This document shows positions 9,033-17,415 of a stretch of DNA of 42,503 nucleotides, piece after piece (position 1 is the stretch's first letter; each line of letters starts with the position of its first letter). This DNA is from Candidatus Giovannonibacteria bacterium RIFCSPLOWO2_12_FULL_44_15. Its GTDB lineage: Bacteria > Patescibacteriota > Minisyncoccia > JACPKW01 > UBA11713. The stretch spans positions 1 through 42,503 of the forward strand of contig MFIQ01000026.1 in NCBI GenBank assembly GCA_001778905.1, read 5' to 3'. The notes below the pieces were generated by a model. It had not been told where the DNA came from. It saw only the letters and a list, made by a program, of their open reading frames with translations, and searched no databases. The translations under genes and the position numbers were made by a program.

Positions 9033-10337
9033 CTATCGCAGTTCAAAAAAATTCATGGCCCTCTTCTCCTGCTCTATACGAATCTTAGCGTAAAGCCTGG
9101 GATTTCGGAGTGCCAGAATCTGCAGGGCGTGCAGAACTGCATTTTGTGGTTCGAGAATCGTTGATGCCGGGACTTCGTTTGGAGTTCTCAATGAAGACCA
9201 AACATCATTTGGAAATTCCCTCCACCCATTCGGCAAACTTATTACTGGGACCGATGTATTCCCAGAGAGAGTCGGCCCCAGCCCGTTTGACCTACCGACA
9301 TACGCGATGACAACGGCATCTGGAACTTTCTGAACAACTTGCGCTAACTCTTGGTATGCATGAGCTGGTTTCCTATGCGCAGAACATGTAATCTCAACGA
9401 AATCGACCTCCCTTGCAAAGCCGACGTATTTGCCGAAAACCTCCTTGAGTAAGGAGAAGTCATCTTTGTCAGACCCTCTCCAGAAAATAATACGTTGGCG
9501 AGGAAGAGAGAAGAGTTCCGTAAGCCGTTGAACATGCCGATACTTCTCGGTAACTTCATTGAGGTCTTCGCCGTCCCGGTAGGCTTGCTTGTCAATATAT
9601 TGACCGTCCTCGACAACACGCCACGAATCGTTGTCGATAACGTCAGCGAGACGCAGTATTCCATTGTGATCTAGTCCGAACTCCACTTTATAATCTACGA
9701 GTTTCCTCCCGACAAGTTGCCAGGCTTTCTCGAGAATGAGATAAGCTTCGCGAGCTATTTCACCCATAGCCGTAAAAGTCTTAGGCTGATCACAAAGCGG
9801 GTACTTCTCGATATGCAATACATGTGATTGTGAATCCCAGGAAGGAATATCAGGACGCTGGAGATTGATGCCCCCAATAACAAATTCGATAAGCGGGTCG
9901 TCCTTTGGGAGAGTGTTCCCTTGCCAAACTCGGCCGCTAGTCTTCAGAAAGAATTCAAGAACAAGTTTTGGGAAAACGTGCCCCCTGCAGAGAAACGGGA
10001 AGCGCTTCGAATATGAACCGTGGGCCTCGCGTCGGATTACGACTTCGTAAGGAAGCATTTCGCAGTACTCCGCGCTAAACGTCTTCTCGTCCAACTGTTC
10101 CCGAAACGCAACCGACACCCCGCAACTTTTGAGCATCTTAAATATGTTGCAGGTTGTGGAAGTTGCAATCTGCTCCTTGCCTTGAATGATATCGTGCTTC
10201 GCGCCGTCTCCCGCAGTAATATCCGGCTTAGCCACCAAGACGGCGAGCGTATTATCGTCCGGAGACATTCTTACGATCTTTGTCTTGCCTTCGCAAATGA
10301 TCGGATAACTTTGGTAAGGTACTGAGGTTGTCGCCAT
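9033..10337 (-). CDS. purC: Bifunctional SAICAR synthetase / class II AIR carboxylase (PAICS-like PurC-PurE fusion)
   Basis: EGKTK, DITAGDG, LVDYKVEFG, LADVIDNDSWR, DKQAYR (PurC) followed by GSDKD, SAHRK, GRSNGLGPTLSGNT, DVWSSLR (class II PurE); AGGAGG before ATG 10337. Confidence 0.92.
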   Translation of the reverse strand: MATTSVPYQSYPIICEGKTKIVRMSPDDNTLAVLVAKPDITAGDGAKHDIIQGKEQIATSTTCNIFKMLKSCGVSVAFREQLDEKTFSAEYCEMLPYEVVIRREAHGSYSKRFPFLCRGHVFPKLVLEFFLKTSGRVWQGNTLPKDDPLIEFVIGGINLQRPDIPSWDSQSHVLHIEKYPLCDQPKTFTAMGEIAREAYLILEKAWQLVGRKLVDYKVEFGLDHNGILRLADVIDNDSWRVVEDGQYIDKQAYRDGEDLNEVTEKYRHVQRLTELFSLPRQRIIFWRGSDKDDFSLLKEVFGKYVGFAREVDFVEITCSAHRKPAHAYQELAQVVQKVPDAVVIAYVGRSNGLGPTLSGNTSVPVISLPNGWREFPNDVWSSLRTPNEVPASTILEPQNAVLHALQILALRNPRLYAKIRIEQEKRAMNFFELR

Positions 10338-10392
10338 AAAAAATCCTCCTAGTTTGATTTTCAATTTCCCTCTATATTTACCATTTCTGGAA

Positions 10393-11700
10393 TCAATCTG
10401 TCAAAGATGAATTCAATATTTTCTTCGCAGCCTCACGCCCGCTTGCCAGAGCCCCTTCCACAGTTGAAGCTTCGCCTCCTCGGTCGAATGCCTCTCCAGC
10501 AAAGAAAATTCGATTATCGACTGGCTTTAATAACTCCTCTTGAGCCTTCTCCGACTCCGGCGTCCAGTACGAATACGCCCCTTTCGCATAGAGATCCGCT
10601 GGCCAGTTGGCAACTTTGGCGTGAACCAATTCTTTTTTGACGTATTCATTATCAACTTTAAAAATTTTCGCAAGCGATCCGATCCCCGCTTCAATAATCT
10701 CCTCGTCGGAACTGTGCAAAAACTCCTGCGATTTCGGTCCCGCAAGCCAGCCCGTCAGCACCGGAATTAAATCCGGATACTGCGTCCACCATGTGCGGAT
10801 TTCCTCATTCGAGAATATAAAATCCATCTCGCCGAAATCTTTCCCGAAAGCATTTATCCACCATCGGCTTTTGAATTTCAGAAGGATTTTAATTACACCT
10901 CCGTATCCAATTTTTCGCGCCGCTTCCAATTTTTCAGGGATAGCCGGGGTAAATTTAATATCGGCGAGTATCGGCAATGGAACCGTAACAATAACTTTCT
11001 CGGCTTCGTAATTATTGCCGTCGGCGGTGCGGACATTCGTCTTGCCATTATGTATTACGACTTCCCGGACAATTTTATTGAGTTCTATTTCCGTGCCATT
11101 TTTCCTGCATTCCGATTCGAGAAACTTAAGCATGGCCCCGTAGCCTTCTTTCAAGCGATACTGCAGCCAATCTTGGCCGCCCAGCCATTCATCCCGCAAG
11201 GAAAAAGTGCTCGCGCGCATAGGATCGGCCGCGTCATATCCCTCCACGATCCCAAAAATGGAATTTCGAAGGCTGATATATTTTTCGCCCGGAAAATATT
11301 TTTCTATAAATTCCGCAATCGGCATGTCGCCTTTCAATTCTCTCAATTTTCCGTGAAGCTCGTCTTGATTCGGAATGCGCTCGTTATTAATGGCAACATC
11401 GCCGCCGTATGAGTTCCACATATCGCCTTGCGTTTGAATGAGCGTCATCCCCGCTTCCTTCATCAAATATTTCGCAAGCCGCGCCTCACCGTGCACGTAT
11501 TCTGCTCCCGCCTGCGCGTCATATCCGAATTCGTCCTTGGACAAAGGCCAAATCCTCCCGCCAATTCTATCCCTCGCTTCTAATATAGTTACTTTCTTCC
11601 CGGCTTTCCCTAGTTCCCTTGCGGCCATGAGTCCAGCCGCGCCGGCACCAATGATTACGACATCCGCCTTAGATTCTTCCAGAATCGGATGGATATTCAT
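10393..11700 (-). CDS. Flavin monoamine oxidase family oxidoreductase
   Basis: IIGAGAAGLMAA, LEARDRIGGRI, GAEYVHG, IFFAGEA, TVEGALASG. Confidence 0.92.
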   Translation of the reverse strand: MNIHPILEESKADVVIIGAGAAGLMAARELGKAGKKVTILEARDRIGGRIWPLSKDEFGYDAQAGAEYVHGEARLAKYLMKEAGMTLIQTQGDMWNSYGGDVAINNERIPNQDELHGKLRELKGDMPIAEFIEKYFPGEKYISLRNSIFGIVEGYDAADPMRASTFSLRDEWLGGQDWLQYRLKEGYGAMLKFLESECRKNGTEIELNKIVREVVIHNGKTNVRTADGNNYEAEKVIVTVPLPILADIKFTPAIPEKLEAARKIGYGGVIKILLKFKSRWWINAFGKDFGEMDFIFSNEEIRTWWTQYPDLIPVLTGWLAGPKSQEFLHSSDEEIIEAGIGSLAKIFKVDNEYVKKELVHAKVANWPADLYAKGAYSYWTPESEKAQEELLKPVDNRIFFAGEAFDRGGEASTVEGALASGREAAKKILNSSLTD

Positions 11701-11722
11701 ATGTTAAATTTTAACATTTTAT

Positions 11723-13201
11723 TCACTTTTCCAGATCTAATATCTCATCGATGCGAATCTGCGAGACAAATTCAGGCACGTGAGATACGAGGATCATCGC
11801 GCCTTGATACGCGTCAAGCGCTTTGGCGATAACCGGAATATGGCGAAAATTAATGTGATTCGTTGGTTCGTCTAAAATAAGAAGTCCGGGTTTTTGAAGA
11901 ACCAGGCGAGCAAATGCCACGAGTCCCTTTTGCCCCTCCGAAAGATCTCCAATTCTCGTTTTCATCATTCTCGGTATTAAAAAACCTGCGCCGACACTCC
12001 TAAGGTTCTCTTCAACTTGTTTTTCCATAACCGCCATTAGCGAATCGTAAACCGTATCGTCAAAATTAAGCGTTGAAAAATCTTGGCGATAATATCCAAC
12101 TCGAACTCCGGTGGCAATCGTAATTCCTTTCGCAGTTCCCAGCGCTATAGATTCGAGAAGTGTGCTTTTGCCGATGCCGTTTGGGCCCTTCAAAAGGAGA
12201 TGCCGGTTTTTGCCCATTGAAATATCCGCTTTGAGGCTCACCATCTTGTGATTTTTCATCGCCGTGTATGCCGAGATGTGGAGCACCTCGCCGATAAGAT
12301 CGGGTTGATGGAAGATTGCAAACCTTCGTATTGTTTTATCTTCCTTGCGCACGTCTACTTGATTCTCTTCCATCACCTCAATTTTATCCCTCATTTTCTT
12401 GGCAACATTCCGCATCTTGCCGCCTTTATGCGCAAAAAAATTGGCTTTGTCCTTATTTTCTTGAATTTCTTTTGCAAGCTGTGCGTTCTTCTTATTTTCT
12501 TTTTCGATACGGGCGGCTATTTCGACTACGACATCTTTATAGTTGCCAACATATTGCTCAATTTTTTGCGTATGCAAATCGAGATAGAGCACGCCCTCGG
12601 TAAACGCGTTTAAGAAATTTGCATCATGAGAAATGACAATTACCGTTTTGTTATAGTTAGTGAGGAATTGAGTTAGGTGCTCGATCCCCGCCTTATCCAG
12701 GTTATTTGTTGGTTCGTCAAGCAGAAGTAAATCGGGATTCTGAATTAACGCAGAGGCTAAAAGAAGGCGCGCTTGCTGGCCACCGGAAAATGATTTCATA
12801 ATTCGTTCGTGCACTTTTTCGCCTGCCTTGCCGGCAGGCAGGTGCCCTTTTAAATTCACAACTTCGAGTACTTCATCGATTCTGGGATCAATGTTGTAGA
12901 CTTTCTCTGAAAAACATCTCTCGAAAAATTCACGTACGGTAAGCGAGAGTTCGTCGCGCGCGATAACCTGGCGGGAAAGCGCTGTTGAGAGGCCTTCTCC
13001 GACATTAACCTTCCCTGATTCAGGAGCAAGTTTTTTGATGATAAGTTGAAAAATCGTGCTTTTGCCCGCGCCGTTTTGACCCATCAAGGCAAATTTAGCG
13101 CCAAGCCGCAACGAAAAATTAACCTCGTCTAAAATGGGTTTATTATGTCCGTATTCAAATGACGCTCTCTCAAACGAGAGAATTGTTTCCGCTTTAGGCA
13201 T
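11723..13201 (-). CDS. ABC-F family ATP-binding protein
   Basis: Two NBDs (GQNGAGKST/FSGGQ/LLLDEPTNNLD; GPNGIGKST/LSEGQ/LILDEPTNH), no TM segments; ATG at 13201 preferred. Confidence 0.93.
   Translation of the reverse strand: MPKAETILSFERASFEYGHNKPILDEVNFSLRLGAKFALMGQNGAGKSTIFQLIIKKLAPESGKVNVGEGLSTALSRQVIARDELSLTVREFFERCFSEKVYNIDPRIDEVLEVVNLKGHLPAGKAGEKVHERIMKSFSGGQQARLLLASALIQNPDLLLLDEPTNNLDKAGIEHLTQFLTNYNKTVIVISHDANFLNAFTEGVLYLDLHTQKIEQYVGNYKDVVVEIAARIEKENKKNAQLAKEIQENKDKANFFAHKGGKMRNVAKKMRDKIEVMEENQVDVRKEDKTIRRFAIFHQPDLIGEVLHISAYTAMKNHKMVSLKADISMGKNRHLLLKGPNGIGKSTLLESIALGTAKGITIATGVRVGYYRQDFSTLNFDDTVYDSLMAVMEKQVEENLRSVGAGFLIPRMMKTRIGDLSEGQKGLVAFARLVLQKPGLLILDEPTNHINFRHIPVIAKALDAYQGAMILVSHVPEFVSQIRIDEILDLEK
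12822..12842. repeat. 21-nt GC-rich palindromic element inserted in frame in ABC-F gene
   Basis: cctgccttgccggcaggcagg; removing it converts KGHLPAGKAGEKV to KGHEKV in frame; sister copy in serS. Confidence 0.8.
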
Positions 13202-13314
13202 AGAAGCGTTACTATAGCATGATTTCGACAAAATTGCTCGTAGCGACTCTTATTTCTTAACCAACCCAGAAAAGCTAATCTTTTGATAATCATTCATGTC
13301 CTTAATGATCCTAG

Positions 13315-13395
13315 CTACGAATGATATCTTTTCAAAACCCGTCCGTTCCCAAGATCGTATACACTATACTGCCACCACTCCCAAATTTTTTTCAT
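13315..13395 (-). pseudogene. Truncated gene remnant (26 aa) coupled to the C39 gene stop
   Basis: ATGA overlap with C39 stop; MKKIWEWWQYSVYDLGNGRVLKRYHS* resembles a kinase-like N-lobe start. Confidence 0.4.
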
Positions 13396-13883
13396 TTATA
13401 AATCGCAATAATCTGCCTGATAATCAATTCCTCGGGTTTAATCGTCTCCCCCCTGAAATCAAACCAGACTTTCAAAAAGTCTTCGCGCTCGAGCGTCCGC
13501 AGTTTTCCAATCTCCGGATCCTGCAGATATATGTTTACATCATCCAACCCCACAACAACGGAATAATGCCCGTCGGGGACGCCGAAATCGTCAACGCCCC
13601 TTGTAAACCAATTAACAACTATGGGGACTTCTTTATCAAGCCTACTTTGAATATCTTCAAAAGATGAGTTATTTTTTATCTCAACTTTGAATCCCAAAGA
13701 TTCCGCCGCTTTCTTTATGCCTTCTTCATCGGTTCCGAGTTTTGCATCCGTCCCGCAAAGTTCCGCCAATTCCTTTTCAGTTTTCGAAACTCCATAGAAA
13801 TCCAAAACCATTTTCAAAGACGCCAGCCCGCACATCCCGGTGTTTAATGTCTCCTGAAATGGTTTAACGTTTAAAATTTTCAT
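13392..13883 (-). CDS. Stand-alone C39 family cysteine peptidase
   Basis: Q....GMCGLASLKMVLDFYG, GTD, GHYSVVVG, LQDP. Confidence 0.88.
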   Translation of the reverse strand: MKILNVKPFQETLNTGMCGLASLKMVLDFYGVSKTEKELAELCGTDAKLGTDEEGIKKAAESLGFKVEIKNNSSFEDIQSRLDKEVPIVVNWFTRGVDDFGVPDGHYSVVVGLDDVNIYLQDPEIGKLRTLEREDFLKVWFDFRGETIKPEELIIRQIIAIYK

Positions 13884-14410
13884 ACTTCATATTCCCAATA
13901 CGGCTGCCATTTGAATGGGGTATTAAGTAATTCTTCAATTGTTTTTCCGTTCATTATGTCTAAGCCGTATTGAGTCGCACGATGACCAATAACAAGAATT
14001 GTTTTATTTGGATGCGCAATTTTCAGCCATTGATAAAAACCGAGAATGCGGTTGATGGCCTGCTCGTAGCTTTCGCCATTTGGAAAAGGCTCTTTTATAT
14101 GCTTTTTCTTTATTGGCTCAACTTTCTCTGACGGCCAACCGTTAAAACTTCCGTAATTTATTTCTCGAAGCCGGAAGTCAATAAGGATGGGGATTGAATC
14201 GCCGAATGCGATTTTCGCTGTGTCAACCGCGCGCCTTAAATTCGAACAGCAAATCAGATCAAGTTTGACATTCTTGAAAGTTTCTCCTAATTCTTTGGCT
14301 TGTTTTTTGCCTAATTCCGAAAGTTCGATATCTTTCCATCCCGAAGCCCTTTTTGCTTCGTTATCAGTTGTCGTCGCGTGCGCCGCGAAATAGATTTTCA
14401 CTGCCCCCAA
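13880..14410 (-). CDS. Histidine phosphatase superfamily protein
   Basis: AHATTTDN (RHG variant), LSELGKKQA, SNLRRAVDTA, LREINYG, GESY, VIGH. Confidence 0.85.
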   Translation of the reverse strand: MGAVKIYFAAHATTTDNEAKRASGWKDIELSELGKKQAKELGETFKNVKLDLICCSNLRRAVDTAKIAFGDSIPILIDFRLREINYGSFNGWPSEKVEPIKKKHIKEPFPNGESYEQAINRILGFYQWLKIAHPNKTILVIGHRATQYGLDIMNGKTIEELLNTPFKWQPYWEYEV

Positions 14411-14841
14411 TCTATTAATTCTGTAAATCGAATGTAAAAGCCATATGGGTCCGCTAAGCGAAAATCCCGCCAGATTGTTTTGTCATCTTTTTTCTCAATC
14501 AATTCTTGAATAATGCTTTCTTTTAAATTTTGCGCTACTTCCTTATATAACACATCTATATCCTGAACTGGAATCGTGATTTCCATTGCATATCCTCGTG
14601 TGGTATCGCGATCGAATTTCTTGAAATATGCCTGCTCATAAACCCTTTCGTCATCCCCGTAGAAATTTAAAATCGTATTTCCCAAAGGATCGCTTCTCCG
14701 CATAACAATATACCCCGGGTACTTCCCCTTTGGATCATTTGATATAACCTCGAATCCGAGTTTTGAATAAAAATCTTTCTCCGGCTGAAAATCCGGCACA
14801 TGGAACTCTATTATTAAATTATTTTGGATTGGAGATCTCAT
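14398..14841 (-). CDS. VOC/glyoxalase family protein
   Basis: EFHVPDF..KDFYSKLGFEV and WRDFRLADPYGFYIRFTE. Confidence 0.8.
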   Translation of the reverse strand: MRSPIQNNLIIEFHVPDFQPEKDFYSKLGFEVISNDPKGKYPGYIVMRRSDPLGNTILNFYGDDERVYEQAYFKKFDRDTTRGYAMEITIPVQDIDVLYKEVAQNLKESIIQELIEKKDDKTIWRDFRLADPYGFYIRFTELIDWGQ

Positions 14842-14853
14842 GAAATTAATGCT

Positions 14854-15063
14854 TTACAAATCATCCGGCGTAAGTCCTGTGTATTTTGCTATGCGCGCAA
14901 GCATGCGTGGACCGATTTCCTCACGATCGTGAAATGCAAATGTAACGTCTGGCCATCCACCTCGAGCAAGAATTCTATGCGATCCTCTCTGCCTTTTTAT
15001 GCGCCGACCAATGCGAAGAAGGGACTTGAGTACTTCGGAAGCTTTAGCGGCGCCCCACTCCAT
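14854..15063 (-). CDS. hicA: HicA family toxin (mRNA interferase)
   Basis: KRQRGSHRIL, FAFHDREEIGPRMLARIAKYTGL; ATG at 15063 gives a typical 69 aa. Confidence 0.85.
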   Translation of the reverse strand: MEWGAAKASEVLKSLLRIGRRIKRQRGSHRILARGGWPDVTFAFHDREEIGPRMLARIAKYTGLTPDDL

Positions 15064-15295
15064 ATCCAAAAAGTCGGGAAATTGGGGCAACGAGATTTCC
15101 GTGTTCAACTTGGTCCGCAAGCGTTCGCAACGCTACCGCGTAGACACGGCGGAGCGCTTCACGCTTTGTCGAGCCGTAAGCCATAACTCCAGGAAGCTGC
15201 GGAATTTCAGCAATCCAGCGATTATCTTTCTCGCGATCAAATTCAACTACAAGCGATGACAAAGAAATCTTATGCTGTTTATCGTTTTTTATCAT
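15044..15295 (-). CDS. hicB: HicB family antitoxin (short form, no DNA-binding domain evident)
   Basis: EFDREKDNRWIAEIPQLPGVMAYGSTKREAL; overlaps hicA. Confidence 0.85.
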   Translation of the reverse strand: MIKNDKQHKISLSSLVVEFDREKDNRWIAEIPQLPGVMAYGSTKREALRRVYAVALRTLADQVEHGNLVAPISRLFGYGVGRR

Positions 15296-15324
15296 GTGGA
15301 TAGAATACCATAAATTGGCTCCTC

Positions 15325-15396
15325 TTTCAAAGACGCCGACTCGCACATCCCCGCCCCCAAAGTCTCCTGAAATGGTTTAACGTCTAAAATTTTCAT
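15325..15396 (-). pseudogene. 5' remnant (24 codons) of a second C39 peptidase gene
   Basis: 61/72 nt identical to 13812-13883 by manual alignment; MKILDVKPFQETLGAGMCESASLK vs MKILNVKPFQETLNTGMCGLASLK; ATGA overlap with MazG stop. Confidence 0.85.
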
Positions 15397-15722
15397 TCAT
15401 TTGTATGATGCCCTTTGACTTTGTCGACCGGGAAGCGCAACTTATGCTTCTCGATTATTTTATCAAGCGCGTCGGATAAATCTACATCGCAGTAATTCGC
15501 GAGCGAGGCAAGTTCCCAAAGTATATCGCCGAAAAAATCTTCCACCTCGTCGTGATTTTTTGTGATCTTTTCTTTAACTTTTTTCTCGTCGTGCTCCCAT
15601 TTAATGATATTTCGAAACTCCCCTATCTCCTCAACCATGCCTAAAAGAAGCTCCTTAGGAGTATGGTATTTACGCTAGTCGCGTTCCTCTAAGAATTCTT
15701 CAACTATTTTTTGCTGTTTCAT
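15393..15722 (-). pseudogene. MazG-like nucleotide pyrophosphohydrolase with internal TAG
   Basis: MKQQKIVEEFLEERD*RKYHTPKELLLGMVEEIGE..EDFFGDIL..; TAG at 15675-15677 sits where the family has the Trp of ERDW. Confidence 0.8.
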
Positions 15723-15818
15723 TTCTATCTTAAATTCTACCTTCAAAAAGCTCAAATTTCCAACTTGTAATTTAGCGTATGAAATGCTATATTTCTTACG
15801 AATTTCAAGGAGGGCTCT

Positions 15819-16202
15819 ATGTTAAACAAATCAGTGGAAATATTGATTGTTGATGATGAATTTCAAGTACGGCGCGCCATAGTTAGATTGCTGGAAGCCT
15901 CAGGCTATAAGAATGTGCGCGAGGCTGAAAGCGGAATGCAGGCGCTCGAAGAGCTAAGAGAAAAGATGGCAGACCTTATAATCTCGGACTTAAATATGCC
16001 TCCGGGAATGACCGGAATTGAGCTCCTTCGCAAAATCCGGACCGCCGACAACGATCTTAAAGATATCCCGTTCCTTCTCGTGACCGGGGACGATGATCCA
16101 GTGCGCCTCGAAGTCGCGCTCAAAGCGGGCGCTAACGGCTACATTTTAAAGCCGATCAGCGCTGAAGTGCTAGAGAAAAAAATCAACGAGATTTTCCCTT
16201 AA
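15819..16202 (+). CDS. Single-domain response regulator (CheY-like receiver)
   Basis: ILIVDDE, LIISDLNMP..MTGIELL, LLVTG, GANGYILKP; AAGGAGG SD. Confidence 0.93.
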   Translation: MLNKSVEILIVDDEFQVRRAIVRLLEASGYKNVREAESGMQALEELREKMADLIISDLNMPPGMTGIELLRKIRTADNDLKDIPFLLVTGDDDPVRLEVALKAGANGYILKPISAEVLEKKINEIFP

Positions 16203-16235
16203 CCGTTCCAAGAAATAATGTATCTTGAACGCAAT

Positions 16236-16269
16236 AAATCCTCCGCCAGGTTAGCCTGACGGAGGATTT
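16236..16269. terminator. Hairpin between convergent genes
   Basis: aaatcctccg..cagg-ttag-cctg..cggaggattt. Confidence 0.65.
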
Positions 16270-16316
16270 CCATTTTGGAACTTTGCATGTCGGCATCACG
16301 GCGCCCGTTGCGTTTT

Positions 16317-16682
16317 TCAGCCAGAAGCTTGAATGTCGAGAGGTTTCAATTGAATCCTGCGGGAGAGATCCTTGATTGGCAGGTCAGTTATCTTTTCGCC
16401 TCTGATGCTGACGACGCAAAAAATGAAACTCTCTTCTTTGAGCTTGAGCACGCCGATAGCGGGGCCTTTTTTGAAACCGAACCTTTCGCGAAATTTTATG
16501 GGGGCAAGAATCCGAAACCTGTCCCCGACCGCGAGAGTGATTGCGATACCTCGTTTTGGGCACACAAGATACTTGCTCCCGTCGTCCCTCGCGCGAGTAG
16601 AAATCACGTCGCCGAACTTCGGCCTGCCTTGCGCGATAAATTCCTTAGCTGGTCTTGACTCTACTATACCCAGCTGTTTCAT
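16317..16682 (-). CDS. Hypothetical protein
   Basis: 121-aa ORF with AAAGGGG SD and downstream hairpin; no family recognised. Confidence 0.6.
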   Translation of the reverse strand: MKQLGIVESRPAKEFIAQGRPKFGDVISTRARDDGSKYLVCPKRGIAITLAVGDRFRILAPIKFRERFGFKKGPAIGVLKLKEESFIFCVVSIRGEKITDLPIKDLSRRIQLKPLDIQASG

Positions 16683-16801
16683 TTAACACCCCTTTCATAG
16701 CTACGCACGCCTAGTTTCAAAAAATCTAAACTCAAGAAAATATTAAACCATATGGAAATAAATATCAAATTCTAGTATTATTTAATTACGGTTTTTTAAA
16801 T

Positions 16802-16875
16802 TGCCGGGTCGTCTAATGGTAGGACATCGCCCTTTGGAGGCGAGTATCTTGGTTCGAGTCCAAGCCCGGCAGCCA
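16802..16875 (+). tRNA. tRNA-Gln (UUG)
   Basis: TGCCGGG/CCCGGCA acceptor stem, TCGCC-CT-TTG-GA-GGCGA anticodon arm, GGTTCGAGTCC T arm, encoded CCA. Confidence 0.96.
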
Positions 16876-17034
16876 ATTAGTAAAGTTTTTCGTAAAAATG
16901 AGAAGGAATTATATCAATGCGAGGAGTGCGGTTTGTTTTATTTGGACAAGAAAATAGCCGAAGAATGCCAAAAGTGGTGCGCTCAGCACAAAAGTTGCAA
17001 TATTGAGATAATAAAACACGCCGTAAAAGATTGA
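16876..17034 (+). CDS. Small Cys-rich (putative zinc-binding) protein with no canonical start codon; possibly a pseudogene
   Basis: ISKVFRKNEKELYQCEECGLFYLDKKIAEECQKWCAQHKSCNIEIIKHAVKD*; frame begins with ATT directly after the tRNA CCA. Confidence 0.55.
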   Translation: MSKVFRKNEKELYQCEECGLFYLDKKIAEECQKWCAQHKSCNIEIIKHAVKD

Positions 17035-17110
17035 ATATCCGGCGCTGCATAGCCTTACAAAAACTCTCCTTTTGTGCTATGGTAATTGAAATTGAAAGGA
17101 GGGGCGCATC

Positions 17111-17341
17111 GTGGACATTCCATCGGAATCGGTTCTTGGAAAGGTTCTTAAAGCTACCAAGATGCTATACGGAGCGACGAAGGTGCCCGGGCAAAAAATG
17201 ACAGAAGAAGAAAGAAAGACATGGATCAAGGGCATCGTTGGAGAAGCAATGGATCTAAACAATGTGCCCGAAGGTCATAGGCACGTGATTATGAGAGTTG
17301 TATGCAGTAAACTAAGAAAGGGTGTTGCCAAGGGAGACTAA
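17111..17341 (+). CDS. Hypothetical protein
   Basis: 76 aa, GTG start with AAAGGAGG SD, followed by a hairpin. Confidence 0.6.
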   Translation: MDIPSESVLGKVLKATKMLYGATKVPGQKMTEEERKTWIKGIVGEAMDLNNVPEGHRHVIMRVVCSKLRKGVAKGD

Positions 17342-17373
17342 ATTACTCAGGTGGACACTATCGCGAGCCATAG

Positions 17374-17411
17374 AAAAGGTCCCCCGTTGCAGAAATGCGA
17401 CGCGGGACTTT
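17374..17411. terminator. Bidirectional terminator-like hairpin
   Basis: aaaaggtccc-ccgttgca-gaaa-tgcgacg-cgggactttt between convergent genes. Confidence 0.55.
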
Positions 17412-17415
17412 TGCT

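Noticed and set aside
15675..15677. Stop-codon reassignment (TAG read-through or code 25)
   Set aside because: TAG and TGA both terminate conserved genes at expected positions in this window
13315..15722. Integron-like cassette array of small same-strand genes
   Set aside because: Genes overlap or abut with no room for attC sites, and there is no integrase
16275..16686. Two + strand ORFs overlapping the 121-aa minus ORF
   Set aside because: TTG starts without SD; the minus ORF has ATG, SD and a terminator
16801..16875. N-terminal part of the 77-aa ORF (MPGRLMVGHRPLEAS..)
   Set aside because: This is the tRNA-Gln sequence read as codons
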